This document shows, in pieces, positions 60,008-64,000 of a stretch of DNA of 64,000 nucleotides. Below the pieces are notes generated by a model. That model saw only the letters and a list, made by a program, of their open reading frames with translations. It searched no databases and was not told the DNA's origin. Position 1 is the first letter of the stretch. Each line of letters starts with the position of its first letter. Position numbers and translations under genes: made by a program. Origin of the DNA: Desulfosudaceae bacterium (GTDB lineage: Bacteria > Desulfobacterota > Desulfobacteria > Desulfobacterales > Desulfosudaceae); NCBI GenBank assembly GCA_963674745.2, contig CAXXDV010000001.1, positions 864,001 through 928,000 on the forward strand, in the 5' to 3' direction.

Positions 60008-62185
60008 TCAGACAATATCGGGATTCAGCCTGGCCGCCAGCAGCGATAAGCGGCGCCGGGGATTGTTTTTCCCCATGGCGACCCGGACGGCCTTGGACGT
60101 GCCGATCAGTATGACCAGCCGCCGGGCCCGGGTTAAGGCGGTATAAAGCAGGTTTCTTTCCAGCAGCGTGTAGTGCTGGGTCACCAGGGGCACAATCACC
60201 ACCGGGTATTCCGATCCCTGGGACTTATGAACCGTTATGGCGTAAGCCAGGGCCAGTTCATCGGTTTCCGAAAAATCATAATCCACGATCCGGCCGTCGT
60301 ATTCTACGGAGAGTGTTTGCCGGATTGCCTCCACCTCGGTAATGGTCCCGATATCGCCGTTGAAGACCTCTTTGCGGTAGTTGTTCTTCAGATGGATGAC
60401 CTTGTCACCGGCTTTAAAGCTGCCGTTCCCGGCGGCGCTGACCGCCGGTGCCGGGTTCAACGCCGCCTGAAGCTTCTGGTTCAGGTTAATGGTGCCGACC
60501 GCGCCTTTGTGCATGGGCGTCAACACCTGAATACCGGTCAACGGGTTAAACCCGAACCGCTGGGGCAACGTTTCTCCACACAGGCGGACAATCCGATCGG
60601 CAATGGCCTCGGGATCGCTTTCCTCAATAAACCAGAAATCATCTTCATCGTTCAGCAATCGCGCCGTTTCCAGGTCAGGGTGTTCTCCCTCGCGAATACG
60701 GTGAGCGTTGGTAACGATGGCGCTCTTCTGTGCCTGGCGGAATATTTCCGTCAGGCTGAATACCGGCACCATTTCTGACTGGATCAGGTCGCGCAGCACA
60801 TTACCCGGCCCCACCGACGGCAATTGGAATACGTCGCCCACCAGCACCAGCACGGCCGAGATCGGGGTGGCCGACAAAAGGTGGTAAAAAAGCTGGATAT
60901 CGACCATTGATGCCTCGTCAATAATGACGGCATCCGCTTTTAAAGGATTGTCCCTGTTTTTCATAAAGGAATCATCTTCAAAACCGTACCCCAGCAGTTT
61001 ATGAATGGTGGCCGCTTCATGATGCGTCACTTCGGCCAGACGTTTGGCCGCCCGGCCGGTAGGCGCGGCCAGAATAACGGATTGATTGCTTCCCTCAAGC
61101 ACCGCGGTAACGGCCCGGATCAGGGTGGTTTTACCGGTTCCCGGCCCGCCGGTGATAATCACCACCCGGTGACGAAAGACATTTTCAAGAACGCTCAACT
61201 GTTCGGCAGAGGGCTTGATGGCCAGCTGGTTGACCACCTTTTCGATGAGCGCTTCCGGCGCGCCGACGTCCATGTTCAAAGGAGAATTGACCAGTGCCAG
61301 CAGTCGCGCGGCGGTCATGGTCTCGGCCTGGTGCAGACCGGCAGGAAAGACAATATTAATGTCCGGGTCAGGACCCGGCATGGCTTCAATAACCGCCTCT
61401 CTGTTTTCGGCCAGTTCGGCCAGCGCGGTTTCAGCCAGATCAATATCGATCTGAAAAACCGCCTCGCACTGCCGTAACAGGTACTGCTCAAAAACAAATA
61501 CATGCCCGGCCGACGTCTGCTGCTCCAGCAGATGGGCCAGACAGGCCCGCACCCTCCGGGGATCGTCAGGCGTGGCGCCGGAACCCAGGGCAATGGCATC
61601 GGCGATCACAAAACCGCTGCCCGGCAGGTCTTCGGCCAGCTGAAAGGGATCGGTTTGCAAAACGGCCAGCGACTCGGGGCCGTATTGCCTGAAAATACGG
61701 GCGCTGTGAGTGGCATCCACCCCCTTTTCCACCAGAAAATCCATCAATTCTTTAAGGGCGTGGTGCTCCATCCAGGCCGCCCGGATCATGTCGGCCCTGT
61801 TTTGACCGATGCCGGGCACTTCCGTCAACCGCTCCGGCTCTTTTTCGATGACTTTCAGGCTGTCCGCGCCGAAAAAACGGGTGATTTTATCGGCCATGGC
61901 CGGCCCCAGCCCCCGGATCAGTCCGGATTTCAAGTAGCGATTAATGCCGTCGGTGGTCGACGGCAGCACGATTTCATAAATTGATATTTTAAACTGCTGG
62001 CCGTATCGGGGATGGGTGGTCCAGTCACCGGTGACACGCACGGCCTGACCGGGCGCGGCCCCCGGCATGATACCCACCATGGTGATTAAATTGTTGTGAC
62101 CGGCAAGCCTCAGGTTGGCGACTGAATAATACGTGGTCTTGTCCCGGAAGCGGATTCTTTCCAGGCTGCCTTCGATGGTAATCAT
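60008..62185 (-). CDS. recD2: RecD-like DNA helicase
   Basis: HhH region, GGPGTGKT, DEASM, TVHKSQGSEY, LYTALTRA. Confidence 0.95.
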   Translation of the reverse strand: MITIEGSLERIRFRDKTTYYSVANLRLAGHNNLITMVGIMPGAAPGQAVRVTGDWTTHPRYGQQFKISIYEIVLPSTTDGINRYLKSGLIRGLGPAMADKITRFFGADSLKVIEKEPERLTEVPGIGQNRADMIRAAWMEHHALKELMDFLVEKGVDATHSARIFRQYGPESLAVLQTDPFQLAEDLPGSGFVIADAIALGSGATPDDPRRVRACLAHLLEQQTSAGHVFVFEQYLLRQCEAVFQIDIDLAETALAELAENREAVIEAMPGPDPDINIVFPAGLHQAETMTAARLLALVNSPLNMDVGAPEALIEKVVNQLAIKPSAEQLSVLENVFRHRVVIITGGPGTGKTTLIRAVTAVLEGSNQSVILAAPTGRAAKRLAEVTHHEAATIHKLLGYGFEDDSFMKNRDNPLKADAVIIDEASMVDIQLFYHLLSATPISAVLVLVGDVFQLPSVGPGNVLRDLIQSEMVPVFSLTEIFRQAQKSAIVTNAHRIREGEHPDLETARLLNDEDDFWFIEESDPEAIADRIVRLCGETLPQRFGFNPLTGIQVLTPMHKGAVGTINLNQKLQAALNPAPAVSAAGNGSFKAGDKVIHLKNNYRKEVFNGDIGTITEVEAIRQTLSVEYDGRIVDYDFSETDELALAYAITVHKSQGSEYPVVIVPLVTQHYTLLERNLLYTALTRARRLVILIGTSKAVRVAMGKNNPRRRLSLLAARLNPDIV

Positions 62186-62766
62186 GCGGCCGGGTCCGAA
62201 TTGTGATTGGTCACCAGCCAGTCGGAGGCATCCTCAAGATCGCCGGCGATATATTCAGGAAAAAGACCTTTTTTTAGAAGTTCTTTTTCGGCGGTAAGGC
62301 CGTTGCCGGTTTTGACCAGGATGCTGTATCCGCAACCGGCGGCTTTGCCGCATTCAATATCCCGGGTGCTGTCGCCGATCATACAGGCCGAAGCCAGATC
62401 AATGGCATATCGCCGGCAGGCCTGGTGAATCAGGCCGGGCAGGGGTTTGCGGCATTCACACCCTTCTTCAGGCGTATGGGGGCAATAAAAAATATCCGTA
62501 ATTTCACCGCCGCTGTCGGCCACCGTATGAACCAGTTTGTTGAGCATGTAATCCAGGCCTTCCCGGGTCATGAGCTTCCGGTTGATGGCCGACTGGTTGG
62601 TAATCAGGATAATGGAAAAATGGGCTTCGGTCAGTCGTTTTATGGCATCGAGGCTGCCGGCGATAAACGCCACCTCGGACCAGCTTTTAATATAGTCCGG
62701 CGAATCCTGGTTGATCACACCGTCTTTGTCCAGAAAGACCACTTTTTCAAGTAAAGATGGTTTCAT
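62182..62766 (-). CDS. gmhB: D-glycero-D-manno-heptose 1,7-bisphosphate phosphatase
   Basis: FLDKDGVIN, TNQS, CPH...CECRKP, IGD. Confidence 0.9.
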   Translation of the reverse strand: MKPSLLEKVVFLDKDGVINQDSPDYIKSWSEVAFIAGSLDAIKRLTEAHFSIILITNQSAINRKLMTREGLDYMLNKLVHTVADSGGEITDIFYCPHTPEEGCECRKPLPGLIHQACRRYAIDLASACMIGDSTRDIECGKAAGCGYSILVKTGNGLTAEKELLKKGLFPEYIAGDLEDASDWLVTNHNSDPAA

Positions 62767-62771
62767 GCGTT

Positions 62772-63518
62772 TTACTCGGCTACCAGTTTGACATGGTCGT
62801 ACCCGTCGGAAACCAGCTTCTGTCGGGCCTGTTCCCCGGCCTCACGGGTGACATACTGCCCCACCCGCACCCGGTAAAACATCTTCGCACCCTCCTGGAA
62901 AGCGACAATAAAAACCTGGTCGTACTTCTTTTCCAGTGCGGATTTTAACTCATACGCATTTTCCCGGCTGGTAAACGACCCCACCTGGAGGGAAAAAGCG
63001 GCCGCGCCCCCGCCGCCGGACCGGTCATTTACCAAAACCGCCCGTTCGGCCAACGGTTCCCGGTAAGACGAATCCAGGGCCACCACCACCACCCGGCCGG
63101 TGCCGCCCATGGCAATGCCCAGCCGGGTGGCCGCTTCATAGGACAGATCAATGATCCGTTCGCCCACAAACGGCCCCCGATCGTTGACGCGTACAATCAC
63201 CGAACGGCCGTTTTTCGGGTTGATGACCATCACCCGGGTTCCCAGGGGCAGAATTTTATGGGCCGCGGTCATGCCGTGCATGTTGTACACTTCACCGCTG
63301 GACGTCTTTTTGCCGTGAAAATCCTTGCCGTACCAGGAGGCGATTCCGGCTTCCACAAAACCGGTGCTGTCTGTAATGGGGACATAGGTTTTTCCGAACT
63401 GTTCATAGGGATCGTTCTGCGAGGTTCGTTGGGGCGGAGTCGCACAAGCGGACACAAGCCAAAAACCGACGACAGTCCATAAAAGGTAGCCTGTTTTTCC
63501 CTGAGCAATCTGCTTCAT
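62772..63518 (-). CDS. rlpA: Septal ring lytic transglycosylase RlpA
   Basis: Lipobox VSAC, ASWYG, TAAHK.LP, VNDRGPF, SPOR domain. Confidence 0.95.
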   Translation of the reverse strand: MKQIAQGKTGYLLWTVVGFWLVSACATPPQRTSQNDPYEQFGKTYVPITDSTGFVEAGIASWYGKDFHGKKTSSGEVYNMHGMTAAHKILPLGTRVMVINPKNGRSVIVRVNDRGPFVGERIIDLSYEAATRLGIAMGGTGRVVVVALDSSYREPLAERAVLVNDRSGGGGAAAFSLQVGSFTSRENAYELKSALEKKYDQVFIVAFQEGAKMFYRVRVGQYVTREAGEQARQKLVSDGYDHVKLVAE

Positions 63519-63640
63519 ACAATACTTTCCAGACAGAATGGTTTACAATCATTTAAAAGTTTATTATATAACACTAATTTTTCTGTAGGCGCAACGGGTT
63601 GTCAGCCCCTTTCCGATTTAACCACTGACAGGGGGAAAAT

Positions 63641-64000
63641 TTGACGGAATCAACCAGCAGCAATTCACGAACAGCGCTGTCTCTGCAATACTTTCTTTTT
63701 TTCGGCGTGCTGGGCATTTTTCTGCCGTTTTTCAACCTCTACTGCTATCACCTTGGATTTTCCGGTGTTCAGATCGGCGCCCTGTTTTCCGTTCAAACCG
63801 GCGCCACGGTTATTTTTCCCATTCTCTGGGGCGCCCTGGCCGACCGCTTCAATGCCCGAAAATCGATTTTCGTGGTGTGCAATTTTATCGGCGCCGGAAT
63901 CTGGGCCTTTTTTCTGCTGACCACCGATTTTTTACCCATGCTGATCATCACCATTTTTTACGCTGTTTTTCGCGCACCGGTCATTTCCTTTATGGAAGCC
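63641..64000 (+). CDS. MFS transporter (partial, runs off right edge)
   Basis: Hand translation from TTG 63641: YFLFFGVLGIFLPFF...QIGAL...WGALADR (MFS motif A). Confidence 0.85.
   Translation, partial: MTESTSSNSRTALSLQYFLFFGVLGIFLPFFNLYCYHLGFSGVQIGALFSVQTGATVIFPILWGALADRFNARKSIFVVCNFIGAGIWAFFLLTTDFLPMLIITIFYAVFRAPVISFMEA

Overview
GC-rich bacterial chromosome segment. Gene content and intergenic repeats suggest a sulfate-reducing Desulfobacterota/deltaproteobacterium (inference). Most of the window is housekeeping or metabolic: katG, a cobalamin-riboswitch-led DUF3450-ExbB-ExbB-ExbD operon, radA-rlmE-yebC, nadA, lolA, mutL, gatCA, argS, trkAH, beta-oxidation genes, rlmI, a cysteine desulfurase, recD2, gmhB, rlpA and three GT-C-type membrane glycosyltransferase-TPR genes. 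The main accessory feature is an AT-rich integron cassette array on the minus strand (about 37480-42873). It has eight attC sites, a likely attI, and only an N-terminal stub of a putative integrase. Its cassettes are mazEF, vapBC, a TPR gene, three unknown membrane-protein genes, and two diverged copies of a ~290-bp ORF-less cassette with conserved stem-loops (candidate cassette-borne ncRNA or structured DNA element, the top finding). A 216-bp MITE-like element sits exactly in the AAC/GTT crossover triplet of one attC, and two other attC R'' boxes are damaged. All calls come from reading the sequence and recalling motifs; no searches or folding programs were run.
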